From assembly GCA_034189085.1 (NCBI GenBank), contig JAXHVH010000001.1:163794-227793 (forward strand): a stretch of 64,000 bases of DNA, written 5' to 3'. This stretch comes from Bacillota bacterium. Lineage in GTDB: Bacteria > Bacillota > Dethiobacteria > DTU022. Under the pieces are notes generated by a model. That model did not search any database, had not been told where the DNA came from, and was given only the letters and a program-made list of their open reading frames with translations. Of the stretch, positions 31,301-41,080 are shown piece after piece. Numbering within the stretch: the first letter of the stretch is position 1; each line of letters begins with the position of its first letter. A program made the position numbers and the translations under genes.

Positions 31301-31330
31301 ACCACTTTTCACCACTTTACACCACTTTAC
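31301..31330 (-). promoter_or_regulatory. Putative MraZ operator: three direct repeats with 10-bp periodicity
   Basis: Minus strand reads GTAAAGTGGT GTAAAGTGGT GAAAAGTGGT, located 29-58 nt upstream of the mraZ ATG. This matches the AAAGTG(G/T) tandem MraZ box described for Bacillus and Mycoplasma. Confidence 0.6.
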
Positions 31331-31527
31331 TCTAAATTGCAACCCCTTTTCCCATTCTCCTGCCTTTTTTTTAATAAAAAATTAAAAATTGTGCAAAATA
31401 ATAACATTTTCGATCATAATATGTTATATTTTGCCACTATTTCTTATAATTGCCTTTAAAATATCCCCGTATTTTCTCAGCAATACGTTAACCCAAAAGA
31501 TTATTAACTTCCGTCACATAACAGTTA

Positions 31528-31760
31528 AAAAATGCCGGGCATGCTCACAATTGCCTGCTTTATACCACAGTCGCGCATCAAGCTTTGCGACAATCGAGAG
31601 GAACACAGGATTTTCAGAAAAGCTGCGACAGATGCCTGAGCAAGCATTAAGCGAGCGAGTTCTGACGTAGCCTGAAAATTCGAGCACCTTCAATACTTAG
31701 ATGCAAAGCCAGCACACGGTAGAAGGTGGCATTTTATCGTGAGCATGCCCGGCAGGGCAG
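31528..31760 (-). ncRNA. Candidate structured RNA or terminator-bounded element: 15-bp perfect long-range inverted repeat with 3' U-tract
   Basis: GCCGGGCATGCTCAC at 31534-31548 and its exact reverse complement GTGAGCATGCCCGGC at 31741-31755 are separated by about 190 nt. On the minus strand the 3' arm is followed by ATTTTTT. No gene lies on the plus strand here. Confidence 0.3.
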
Positions 31761-31927
31761 TATTTGGCTTCCCATGCTCATGTGGCAACAGGAGGCAGAC
31801 TGTAAACAAGCTGAAAAGATTTAGATATAAAATGGATGTAAGTAAACAGGAAGTTTAAAAGAAAATTATTCTTCTCCGCATATACTGCTGTATCTATAAA
31901 AAAGGAATAAAATGAATCGAGGAACTA

Positions 31928-33256
31928 CTACAGATACTGAAGAAAAAGGGTAGCCAAGACAAAGTAGATTACCAGACCGGTAAAATCCTTAATGGTGGTA
32001 ACAAAAGGTCCGGCCGTAATCGCCGGATCGATATTTAATTTATTAAAGAGCAGTGGAACAAGTGTGCCGATCAGAGTGGCAATACTGATAGTAATGAGCA
32101 TAGATAATCCAACAACCAGGCCGAGATAGGGGTTCCCCTGCCACATGAAAGCAATGGCAGAAATTAAAAGTCCACAGATTACTCCCATGGCCAGGCCAAC
32201 TTTTGTTTCGCGGAAAAAATAAGACCACACTTCACCTTCTTTTATTTCTCCCGTGGCCAGGCCGCGGACAAATATAGTTGAAGACTGCGTCCCCACATTA
32301 CCGCCCATACCCATAAGGACAGGAATGAATACCGCAAGCACAACAATCGCTTCAATGGTATTTTCAAAAGCTCCGATAACCGTTCCTGACACAATACCGC
32401 CAATCAAGCTGATTAAAAGCCAGGGAAGCCGCAGGCGGGCCACTTTACCAACAGAAGCCCTGGTCAACTCCATTCCCTCGACCTCGCCGGCACCAGCCAG
32501 GCGGTAGATATCTTCTGTGGCCTCCTGCTCCATTACGTCAATGACGTCGTCAACGGTAATAATACCAAGCAGGCGCTCTTCATCGTCGACAACCGGCACG
32601 GAAAGCAGGTCATATTTCGAAACCAGGCGGGCTACTTCTTCCTGGTCCAGTGAAGCGTTGACGCTAATTATATTGCGGCGCATGATGTTTTTAAGAAGTG
32701 TACCATCCACTGCAGCAATTAATTCCCGCAGGGAGAGTACCCCGATCAGGTGATTGCCCTCGTCGACCACATAGACATAATAGATCGTTTCCGCTTCCGG
32801 GGCAATCTCTCGCAGGCGGGTAATAGCTTCCTCAACCGGTATATCTCCCGTCAGGGAGATATACTCCGTGGTCATTATCCCGCCGGCGCTCTCCTCCGGA
32901 TATTTTAGCAGATCGCTGAAATCCAGGGCTTCTTCTTCGCCAATTAGCTCCAGCATGTCCTGTGCCTCTTCCGGCGACAGCTCACCAATCAGATCAGCCG
33001 CATCATCCGAAGCCAGGTTTTTCAGAATTTGAGCAGCCTGTCCTTTACTCAGCAGTCTCAATATTTCAGCCTGCTCAAAATCTTCCATCTCCTTGAAGAT
33101 AAGAGCAGCATCGCTGTCGGGAAGCATTTGCATCAGGGAAGCCTTTTCGTCAATCGGAAGTTCATCGATCAGATCAAGCAGGTCTCCAGGGTGGGTACCG
33201 ACTTTTAATTCACGACTGATCTGTAAATGGATATCTTCAACCGACATCTCTCTCAC
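31928..33256 (-). CDS. mgtE: Magnesium transporter MgtE (paralog 1)
   Basis: 442 aa with the MgtE N-domain, a CBS pair and a 5-TM MgtE channel domain (GGNVGTQ). Confidence 0.9.
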   Translation of the reverse strand: MREMSVEDIHLQISRELKVGTHPGDLLDLIDELPIDEKASLMQMLPDSDAALIFKEMEDFEQAEILRLLSKGQAAQILKNLASDDAADLIGELSPEEAQDMLELIGEEEALDFSDLLKYPEESAGGIMTTEYISLTGDIPVEEAITRLREIAPEAETIYYVYVVDEGNHLIGVLSLRELIAAVDGTLLKNIMRRNIISVNASLDQEEVARLVSKYDLLSVPVVDDEERLLGIITVDDVIDVMEQEATEDIYRLAGAGEVEGMELTRASVGKVARLRLPWLLISLIGGIVSGTVIGAFENTIEAIVVLAVFIPVLMGMGGNVGTQSSTIFVRGLATGEIKEGEVWSYFFRETKVGLAMGVICGLLISAIAFMWQGNPYLGLVVGLSMLITISIATLIGTLVPLLFNKLNIDPAITAGPFVTTIKDFTGLVIYFVLATLFLQYL

Positions 33257-33306
33257 CTCCCGGCAGAAATAATGAGCTATTTAAAATCCCCTGCATTTAC
33301 CGGCAG

Positions 33307-34638
33307 CTAACTCAGGAAACGCAGGAAAAACGAGGCAACAAAGAAATAAATCATTAAACCGGTAAAATCGTTAATAGTCGTTACAAAGGGGCCGGCTGTA
33401 ATTGCCGGATCAACATGAATCAGGTTCAAGAGTATAGGAACCAGGGTGCCGATAAGGGAAGCGGCAATGATAGTAATAAGCATCGAAAGACCGACCACCA
33501 GGCCTAGATATGGATTACCCTGCCACAATAAGGCTATGGCTGAAACCAGTACCCCGCAGACAAAACCCATAGTTAAACCGATCTTAATCTCTCGAAAAAA
33601 GTAAGACCATACTTCTGTAGATTCGATTTGACCGGTAGCCAGACCACGGACAAATATGGTCGAAGATTGAGTAGCCACATTACCGCCCATGTCCATGATA
33701 ACCGGTATAAACACAGCCAGAACCACAATTGCTTCCAGCGTACTTCTGTATGCTCCAATAACACTGCCTGATACTATTCCACCGGCCAGGCTGATCAAAA
33801 GCCAGGGGAGGCGGAGCCCGATTACCTTGCTCACCGAAGCTTCGGCCAGCTCCATCCCCTCAACCTCACCGGCACCGGCCAGGCGGTAGATATCTTCTGT
33901 GGCCTCCTGTTCCATCACGTCAATGACGTCGTCAACGGTGATAATGCCAAGCAAGTGCTCCTCGTCGTCGACAACCGGAACAGCCAGCAGGTCATATTTC
34001 GAAACAACACGGGCCACTTTTTCCTGGTCCAGTGTAGCATTGACGCTTATCACGTTGTGGCGCATAATATTTTTAATAATCGTGCCATCCGCCGAAGCAA
34101 TTAATTCCCGCATGGATAGCACCCCGATCAGGTGATTGCCCTCGTCGACCACATAGACATAATAGATCGTTTCCGCTTCCGGGGCGATCTCGCGCAGGCG
34201 GGTAATCGCTTCCTCAACTGGTATATCTCCCGGCAGGGAAATATACTCCGTGGTCATTATACCGCCGGCGCTTTCCTCCGGGTATTTAAGCAGATCACCA
34301 AAATCCAGCGCTTCTTCTTCGCCGATCATCTCCAGCATATCCTGTGCCTCTTCCGGCGACAGCTTCCCAATGAGGTCAGCCGCATCATCCGAAGCCAGGT
34401 TAGCCAGGATTGCCCCGGCCTGATCACTTTCAAGATTTCTGAGGATATCGGCCTGCAGGTAATCTTCCATTTCCTGAAGGATGAGGGCAGCGTCTCTTTT
34501 TGGAAGTTTTTTGATCAATTCAATTTTTTCTTCCAGCTCAAGATCGTCAATCAGATCAAGCAGGTCGCCTGGATGGGTCCCCGCTTCAAGCTCGCGGCTG
34601 ATCAACAGATGAACAGGCTCAACAGACACTGTGCTCAC
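33307..34638 (-). CDS. mgtE: Magnesium transporter MgtE (paralog 2, tandem duplicate)
   Basis: 443 aa, about 80% identical to paralog 1, with long stretches of identical DNA. Only 50 bp separate the two genes. Confidence 0.9.
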   Translation of the reverse strand: MSTVSVEPVHLLISRELEAGTHPGDLLDLIDDLELEEKIELIKKLPKRDAALILQEMEDYLQADILRNLESDQAGAILANLASDDAADLIGKLSPEEAQDMLEMIGEEEALDFGDLLKYPEESAGGIMTTEYISLPGDIPVEEAITRLREIAPEAETIYYVYVVDEGNHLIGVLSMRELIASADGTIIKNIMRHNVISVNATLDQEKVARVVSKYDLLAVPVVDDEEHLLGIITVDDVIDVMEQEATEDIYRLAGAGEVEGMELAEASVSKVIGLRLPWLLISLAGGIVSGSVIGAYRSTLEAIVVLAVFIPVIMDMGGNVATQSSTIFVRGLATGQIESTEVWSYFFREIKIGLTMGFVCGVLVSAIALLWQGNPYLGLVVGLSMLITIIAASLIGTLVPILLNLIHVDPAITAGPFVTTINDFTGLMIYFFVASFFLRFLS

Positions 34639-34675
34639 CTCCCTGAAATGAAATATTTTGCATTTAAAGGTAACT

Positions 34676-34700
34676 AGACTACATTATAGCATGCAAAAAA
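34676..34700 (-). promoter_or_regulatory. Putative sigma-A promoter of the mgtE tandem (extended -10 TGCTATAAT)
   Basis: Minus strand reads ...TTTTTGCATGCTATAATGTAG about 40 nt upstream of the mgtE2 ATG. The leader is too short for a riboswitch. Confidence 0.4.
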
Positions 34701-34948
34701 CAACAAAAAACCCCGCTATGCCGTGGGCCGTTTGTTTTGAACTGTTCCCCCGAAAGGTGGGTACCCTCTCAGCTGTTTTGCAGGTCCTCCTTGCAAAGGC
34801 TGCTGCGCCGCAGCTGAAGTCCGGGTTCCCATTGTATAAGTGTTAGCTCAAAACTTTATCGGGTGTCACGAACACAGCAGGGTAGTCTTAATTAACTAAC
34901 TTTTTCCATATTGATGATATCACAAAATAATGGGCTGCGCAAGATTTT

Positions 34949-36712
34949 CTAGCCTTCCTCCTCTTCGGTTTTCTGCAGTTTTATCTTCAATTCCTCGAGC
35001 TGTTTTTCCGAAACCTGGGCCGGTGAACCGGTCATCAAGCAGCTGGCAGCGGCGGTTTTCGGGAACGGAATAATCTGGCGGATTGAATCATCTCCGCCGA
35101 GCAGAGCCACTGTTCGATCAAAACCAAGAGCAATTCCACCATGTGGAGGTGCACCAAATGATAAAGCTTCCAGGAGGAACCCAAACTTTTCTTTGCTCTC
35201 TTCTTCGGTAAGGCTGAGCAGATCAAAAATCTTTTTCTGGACAGCACTGTCATGGATACGGACACTTCCTCCACCGATCTCCACTCCGTCCAGAACCAGG
35301 TCATATGCCTGAGCTCTCACAGCAAGAGGATCACTATCCAACAGGGACATATCTTCCGGGCGAGGTGCAGTAAAGGGGTGGTGATCCGAATCATAACGCT
35401 GTTCCTCTTCATTGTAATAAAAGAGTGGAAAATCAACTACCCACAGGAAATGCGGGTCGGTTAAAATATCTTTCGGTGCCAGCACCCGGCGCAACTGACC
35501 GAGGACCTGGCAGCTGATCTCCCAGCGATCGGCAACAAAGAGCATCAGATCACCCGGGACTGCTCCCATTTTTTCACTGATCCTCTTCATCAGTGGTTCA
35601 CTGAAAAACTTGCTGATCGGTGAACGCCAGCCTTCATCTTCAACAAAAACCCAGGCCAGGCCTTTAGCTCCCATCTGCCTGGCTAAAAGCGTCAAATCGT
35701 CAAGCTCTCTGCGGCTGAAGCGTTTCCCTCCGGAGACCCGCAGTCCCCTTACTGCACCTCCGGCATCCAGTGCTGACTTGAAAACATTAAAATCGCTTTC
35801 AGCAGCCGGTTCATCCAGGTTAACCAGTTGCATTCCATAACGCAGATCCGGTTTATCCGAACCATAACGATCCATGGCCTCCCGGTACGGAAGGCGCGAA
35901 AAAGGCAGTTTTAAATCAATACCGCGGATTTCTTTCCAGAGCAGTGCAATCAATCCTTCGATCAGGGCAAATAAATTTTCACTGCCGAAAAATGATGTTT
36001 CAATGTCGATCTGAGTAAACTCAGGCTGTCGATCAGCCCTCAGGTCTTCATCCCGGAAACATCTGACTATCTGGAAATAGCGCTCCACTCCACCGACCAT
36101 CAACAGCTGTTTAAAAAGCTGAGGTGACTGTGGAAGGGCATAAAAATTGCCTGGATGAAGCCTGCTGGGGACAAGAAAATCGCGGGCTCCTTCCGGTGTA
36201 CTGCGGGTTAGCATTGGAGTTTCAATCTCCAGGAAATCATAGCTATCAAGATAATCACGGGCCAGCTTTGCGGCCTTATGGCGCATCTGAAGCCGGTCAA
36301 ACATTTCCGGACGCCTCAAATCGAGATAACGGTAGCGCAGGCGCAGGTTTTCATCAACACTAATTCCGTCCTCAATGTAAAAAGGAGGCGTCTTGGAACG
36401 ATTGAGTAAATCCATCTTGGAAACATGAATTTCAATTTCCCCGGTTGGTAAAGTGGGATTTATATTTTCAGCTGTCCTTTTTATCACGGTGCCTTCGACA
36501 GCAACAACGTACTCACTGCGCAGTCTCTCGGCAAGCTGAAAAAGTTCAACACCTCTTTGTTGATCGAAAACCAGTTGAACCAAACCACTGCGATCGCGCA
36601 GATCGATAAAGATCAGTCCACCATGATCACGGCGGCGCCCGATCCAGCCGGTTAATTTGACCTGTTCCCCCACATCGGAAGGGCTGAGGTAACCACAATA
36701 ATGGCTCTTCAT
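34949..36712 (-). CDS. aspS: Aspartyl-tRNA synthetase (AspRS portion; own SD GGAGAGGTG and ATG at 36712)
   Basis: MKSHYCGYLSPSDVGEQVKLTGWIGRRRDHGGLIFIDLRDRSGLVQ is the canonical AspRS N-terminal OB fold; class II motifs and GAD insertion; 587 aa. Confidence 0.9.
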   Translation of the reverse strand: MKSHYCGYLSPSDVGEQVKLTGWIGRRRDHGGLIFIDLRDRSGLVQLVFDQQRGVELFQLAERLRSEYVVAVEGTVIKRTAENINPTLPTGEIEIHVSKMDLLNRSKTPPFYIEDGISVDENLRLRYRYLDLRRPEMFDRLQMRHKAAKLARDYLDSYDFLEIETPMLTRSTPEGARDFLVPSRLHPGNFYALPQSPQLFKQLLMVGGVERYFQIVRCFRDEDLRADRQPEFTQIDIETSFFGSENLFALIEGLIALLWKEIRGIDLKLPFSRLPYREAMDRYGSDKPDLRYGMQLVNLDEPAAESDFNVFKSALDAGGAVRGLRVSGGKRFSRRELDDLTLLARQMGAKGLAWVFVEDEGWRSPISKFFSEPLMKRISEKMGAVPGDLMLFVADRWEISCQVLGQLRRVLAPKDILTDPHFLWVVDFPLFYYNEEEQRYDSDHHPFTAPRPEDMSLLDSDPLAVRAQAYDLVLDGVEIGGGSVRIHDSAVQKKIFDLLSLTEEESKEKFGFLLEALSFGAPPHGGIALGFDRTVALLGGDDSIRQIIPFPKTAAASCLMTGSPAQVSEKQLEELKIKLQKTEEEEG

Positions 36713-38026
36713 TTCCACCTCTCCTGCTGCCGGTAAAGCAACGGCAGCTTTCCGGTTCGTTGGGATATATTTATCTTTTCCACAAGAAATCAGGTTGACC
36801 AGTTCACTCCGGGGAACTTCTCGTTGTTCTCCACTTAGCATGTCTCTGAGAGTTACCCTTCCTTCTTTAATCTCATTCTCCCCGATGATCAGAACACTTT
36901 TATATCCCTGTTTACCGGCATATTTCATCTGAGCCTTGAGGCTTCTCTGCATCAAATCAACCTCTGAAGCAATATCTTTTGCCCGCAGTTCAGCAGCCAG
37001 GGCCAGTGCTTCTCCTTCCAGGGAATCGCCGGCAGTAGCAATAAAAACAAGATCAGCAGCTTCAGGAGTAATTTTTCCCCAATCCATGCTAAGAAGAATT
37101 CTTTCCACTCCGAAAGCGACTCCCACACCGGGTGTGGGAGGGCCCCCAATGTATTCCACGAGATGGTCATAGCGTCCGCCGCCACAGAGGGAAGCCTGTG
37201 CACCCGGTCCCCCCGCGGTGATTTCAAAAGCGGTCCTGGTATAATAATCGAGGCCGCGGACAAGGCTCGTATTAATATTGTAGGGAATAGCCATTTTGTC
37301 CAGGAACGACTGCAGGAGATCAAAATGTTTCCGGCAGTCATCACACAAGTGATCAATCATCCAGGGGGCTTCCGCCACTTTAGCCTGGCAGCTTTCCTTC
37401 TTACAATCGAGCACACGTAGAGGATTGTTTTTATAGCGCCTGCGGCAATCTGGGCAGAGATCCTTTTCCACCTTTTCAAGATAGGTGAGAAGAATTTCCC
37501 GGTAGCGAGGGCGGCACTTTGGACAGCCAACGCTGTTCAGTTCAAGGGATAAATTTTCAATGTGCAGGGCTTGAAAGAAACGGTAACAGAAGGAGATTAT
37601 TTCAGCGTCAGCCGAAGGGTGCTCAGCCCCAAATATTTCCAGCCCAAATTGATGAAACTGCCGATATCGTCCAGCTTGAGGGCGATCATAGCGAAACATG
37701 GGGCCGCTGTAATAAAACTTGATGGGCTGAGGTTTATCCCCAAGATTATTTTCAAGATATGCACGGGCCACAGAGGCGGTAAGTTCAGGACGCAGCGTGA
37801 GCTGACGGCCACTTCGATCTTTGAAGGAGTACATCTCTTTCGATACAATATCGCTGTCTTCTCCAACACTGCGAGCAAACAGCTCAGTCTGTTCAAATAT
37901 GGGTGTTCTAATTTCTCCAAAACCATAGAGCAAGCAAAATTTCTTATAAATAGATTCAAGTTGCTGCCATTTACCTGTCTCATCAGGTAAAATATCACGT
38001 GTTCCACGTGGGGCTTTGTACTTCAT
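36713..38026 (-). CDS. hisS: Histidyl-tRNA synthetase portion of a continuous hisS-aspS ORF (no stop codon before aspS)
   Basis: The N-terminal 438 residues carry class II HisRS motifs and an anticodon-binding domain. A 26-aa linker-like tail then reads straight into the aspS ATG at 36712 in the same frame. Confidence 0.8.
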
Positions 38027-38208
38027 ATTTTTACGCTCCTCTCTGCTGCAAATCCTGTTTCCAAAAACAGGCTTTCAAAACAGACTACTAAATAGTTTAT
38101 CTGTTTCAGGTTGAGCAAAATGCTGCAATCATTATTTTATTTGTTTTTAACTATTCCGGCAAACTTTTTTTCTGTTTTCTTTTTGTCTGAAGGACTGCTC
38201 GGCGCTGT

Positions 38209-38658
38209 TTAAAATGTTTTTTTGCTATCCAGAAGGATCGTCACAGGCCCATCGTTTTCAATAGAAACCAGCATATGGGACTGGAACCGGCCGACAGCCA
38301 CGGTGAGGGAATGCTGACGCAATTTTTCACAGAAATAATCGTATAATATGTTCGCCTTCTCGGGAAAAGCAGCATCAGAAAACCCCGGTCGACGTCCTTT
38401 GCGGCAATCTCCCAAAAGGGTGAATTGAGATATACAGAGGATTTCTCCTCCCTTTTCTTTTATCGAGAGGTTCATCAGCCCGGCCTGATCCTCAAAAATT
38501 CTCAAACCGGCAATTTTATCAGCCAGGTAATTGGCATCTGCCTGTTCATCAGCTTTGCCCACACCAAGGAAAATTACCAGTCCTCCGGTTATGGCACTGA
38601 TTATCTTTCCTTCAACTTCTACATTTGCCTTTCGGGTGCGCTGGACAACAGCTCGCAC
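38209..38658 (-). CDS. dtd: D-aminoacyl-tRNA deacylase
   Basis: 149 aa; MRAVVQRTRKANVEV...ISQFTLLGD and the SQFTL motif of Dtd; conserved relA-dtd-hisS order. Confidence 0.9.
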   Translation of the reverse strand: MRAVVQRTRKANVEVEGKIISAITGGLVIFLGVGKADEQADANYLADKIAGLRIFEDQAGLMNLSIKEKGGEILCISQFTLLGDCRKGRRPGFSDAAFPEKANILYDYFCEKLRQHSLTVAVGRFQSHMLVSIENDGPVTILLDSKKTF

Positions 38659-38675
38659 AGAACCCCTCCCCTGAA

Positions 38676-40883
38676 CTATTTTTTACCGGTATTGTTAGCA
38701 CCATATACATAACGCTGCACAGAATAAACATCTTTAACCTTTTTGATTTTGGCCATAATCTGATCAAGATGGGGTTGATCCCTGACAACCATGGTCATAT
38801 GAATGGTAGCCAGGTTATTTTTATCAGCCCGTGCCATAACAGCAGTAATATCTACCTTGCTTTCATTAACATCTGCCATAATATCCGCCAGCAGGTTTTT
38901 ACGATCGCTGGCGATTATCTCAATTTCGACCGGATAGGAAGCCTCAGTCTCAGCTTCCCAGGACGCTTCCAGGAATCGTTCACTTTCATTACGATGATAG
39001 CGTAAATTGGGACAATCCCGACGATGCACTGAGACACCCCGCCCACGGGTGATAAAACCTATTATATCATCCCCGGGGACCGGGTTACAGCAGCGGGCTA
39101 CCCGCACGAGCAAATTATCAACGCCCTGTATCGTCACTCCTGCCAAAGGCTGCTTGAGATGTTTAACCGGCTTCAGCTCAGGAAGAGATTTTTCCTGATC
39201 CTTGTCCTCATTACGTCGATTGTATTCTTCCCGCAACCTGCTGAGAACCTGGTTAACCGAAACCCCGCCATAGCCGACTGCCGCATAGAGATCTTCTGCT
39301 GAAAGAAGGTTGAAAGATCGCCCTACCTCTTCCAAAAGATCATTTTTCAAAAGCAGGTGTTGTTCCACATTAATCCGGCGGATTTCTCTCTCCAGCATTT
39401 CCCTGCCTTTCTCGATATTTTCTTCCCGCCGCTCTTTTTTAAACCAGTTACGGATCTTATTTTTGGCATGAGGCGTTTTAATCAGTTTAAGCCAGTCACG
39501 GCTTGGAGAACCATGTTTCGAGGTAAGGACCTCCACCATGTCTCCTGTTTTCAATTGATAGTCAAGCGGAACAAGCCGCCCGTTCACACGGGCTCCGGTG
39601 CAATGGTTGCCAATGTCGGTATGAATTTTATAAGCGAAATCCAGGGTTATTGAACCAGCCGGCAGATCGATAACATCTCCCTTGGGAGTAAAAACAAACA
39701 CTTCATCGGTAAAGAGATCACCTTTTAAATCTTTAATAAAATCTCTGGCATCGCGATAATCATGCTGCCATTCAAGGAGCTGGCGCAGCCAGGTTAATTT
39801 TTCGTCCAGTTCTCCCGAATCTTTCACTTTTTCCTTGTAGCGCCAGTGAGCGGCGATGCCATATTCGGCGGTGCGGTGCATATCCCAGGTGCGGATTTGT
39901 ATCTCAGCCAGTTCATTTTCAGCAGCGAATACCGTCGTATGCAGGGACTGGTACATGTTTGGTTTGGGCATGGCAATGAAATCTTTAAAACGCCCGGGGA
40001 TCGGTTTCCAGATGGTATGAACGATCCCCAGGGTGTGATAGCAGTCTTTGACCGAATTGACAATGATTCTTACAGCTGTGAGATCGTATATTTCACTTAA
40101 CTCTTTACCCTGGGTTTTCATCTTGTTGTAAATGCTGTAGAAGTGCTTGGGCCTCCCCTGGATTTCGGCCTCGATGGAAGCTTCGGAAAGCTGATCTTGC
40201 AAAATCCAGATGATGCGGTTAATGAAATGTTCCCGTTCCTGTCTTTTTTTGGCCAGTTTCTCAACCAGCTGAAAATATTCAGTAGGCTGCATGTAGCGAA
40301 AAGCGAGATCTTCCAATTCCCACTTGATCTTGTAAATACCAAGCCGATGGGCAAGGGGTGCATATATTTCCAGGGTTTCTTTGGCGATCTCTTTCTGTTT
40401 GTGGGTGTTAAGGTAGCGCAGTGTGCGAAGATTGTGGGTGCGGTCAGCCAGCTTGATCAGAACTACCCGAATGTCCCGGGCCATAGCTATGAACATTTTG
40501 CGCAGAGTTTCAGCCTGCTGTTCTTCCTTCGAAGTAAAGTCAAGCCTGCCCAGCTTGGTTACACCATCAACCAGTTCGGCAACTTCCGTCCCGAATTCTT
40601 CGAGTATTTCTTCCAGAGTAACCGGGGTATCTTCGACAACGTCGTGAAGCAGCCCGGCAACAATAGTCACCAGGTCCAGTTCCAGTTCAGAGAGTATTAT
40701 CGCTACCCCAAGAGGGTGCATGATGTATGACTCTCCAGATTCACGGAGCTGCCCTGAATGAGCCTGTAGAGAAAAATTGTAAGCTTTTTCAACCAGTTCC
40801 CAATCCTTGAGATCCGGGTAATAGCGCTCAAATTTTTTCTTAAGATCAATTAATTTTTTTTCTTTAACCGCCATGGAATACAT
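38676..40883 (-). CDS. relA: Bifunctional (p)ppGpp synthetase/hydrolase Rel
   Basis: 735 aa with an HD hydrolase domain (HDVVED), a synthetase domain, and TGS and ACT domains. Confidence 0.95.
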   Translation of the reverse strand: MYSMAVKEKKLIDLKKKFERYYPDLKDWELVEKAYNFSLQAHSGQLRESGESYIMHPLGVAIILSELELDLVTIVAGLLHDVVEDTPVTLEEILEEFGTEVAELVDGVTKLGRLDFTSKEEQQAETLRKMFIAMARDIRVVLIKLADRTHNLRTLRYLNTHKQKEIAKETLEIYAPLAHRLGIYKIKWELEDLAFRYMQPTEYFQLVEKLAKKRQEREHFINRIIWILQDQLSEASIEAEIQGRPKHFYSIYNKMKTQGKELSEIYDLTAVRIIVNSVKDCYHTLGIVHTIWKPIPGRFKDFIAMPKPNMYQSLHTTVFAAENELAEIQIRTWDMHRTAEYGIAAHWRYKEKVKDSGELDEKLTWLRQLLEWQHDYRDARDFIKDLKGDLFTDEVFVFTPKGDVIDLPAGSITLDFAYKIHTDIGNHCTGARVNGRLVPLDYQLKTGDMVEVLTSKHGSPSRDWLKLIKTPHAKNKIRNWFKKERREENIEKGREMLEREIRRINVEQHLLLKNDLLEEVGRSFNLLSAEDLYAAVGYGGVSVNQVLSRLREEYNRRNEDKDQEKSLPELKPVKHLKQPLAGVTIQGVDNLLVRVARCCNPVPGDDIIGFITRGRGVSVHRRDCPNLRYHRNESERFLEASWEAETEASYPVEIEIIASDRKNLLADIMADVNESKVDITAVMARADKNNLATIHMTMVVRDQPHLDQIMAKIKKVKDVYSVQRYVYGANNTGKK

Positions 40884-41080
40884 CTCCAGTTAATTGTCAT
40901 AATCCGGGTTAAAGGAACAGGTACATCAGGAAAACAACTTATTCCCTGATGAATGCCATCGGCCGAATCTGCATTCTATAATACTAAAAAATAGCCATGA
41001 ATACCACAGTCCATATTTTACTCCCAGACTATTTTAGATGTAACAAATAATTGCTAATTTTTCCAAGGAGATTCCTTGTC

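Noticed and set aside
31389-31670. 93-aa plus-strand ORF in the mgtE-mraZ intergenic region
   Set aside because: It sits in an AT-rich promoter region, with an Ile/Leu/Phe-rich translation and no SD. It overlaps the candidate minus-strand structured element and is more likely non-coding.
34639-34948. Possible M-box (Mg2+) riboswitch upstream of the mgtE tandem
   Set aside because: The minus-strand sequence lacks the conserved M-box core (GUUAGGUGAGGCUCC...ACGCUGCUGCCC). Only a weak GCUGCUGCGCC resemblance exists, and that is on the wrong (plus) strand. A good extended -10 promoter sits only 40 nt from the ATG. The absence should be confirmed with Infernal.
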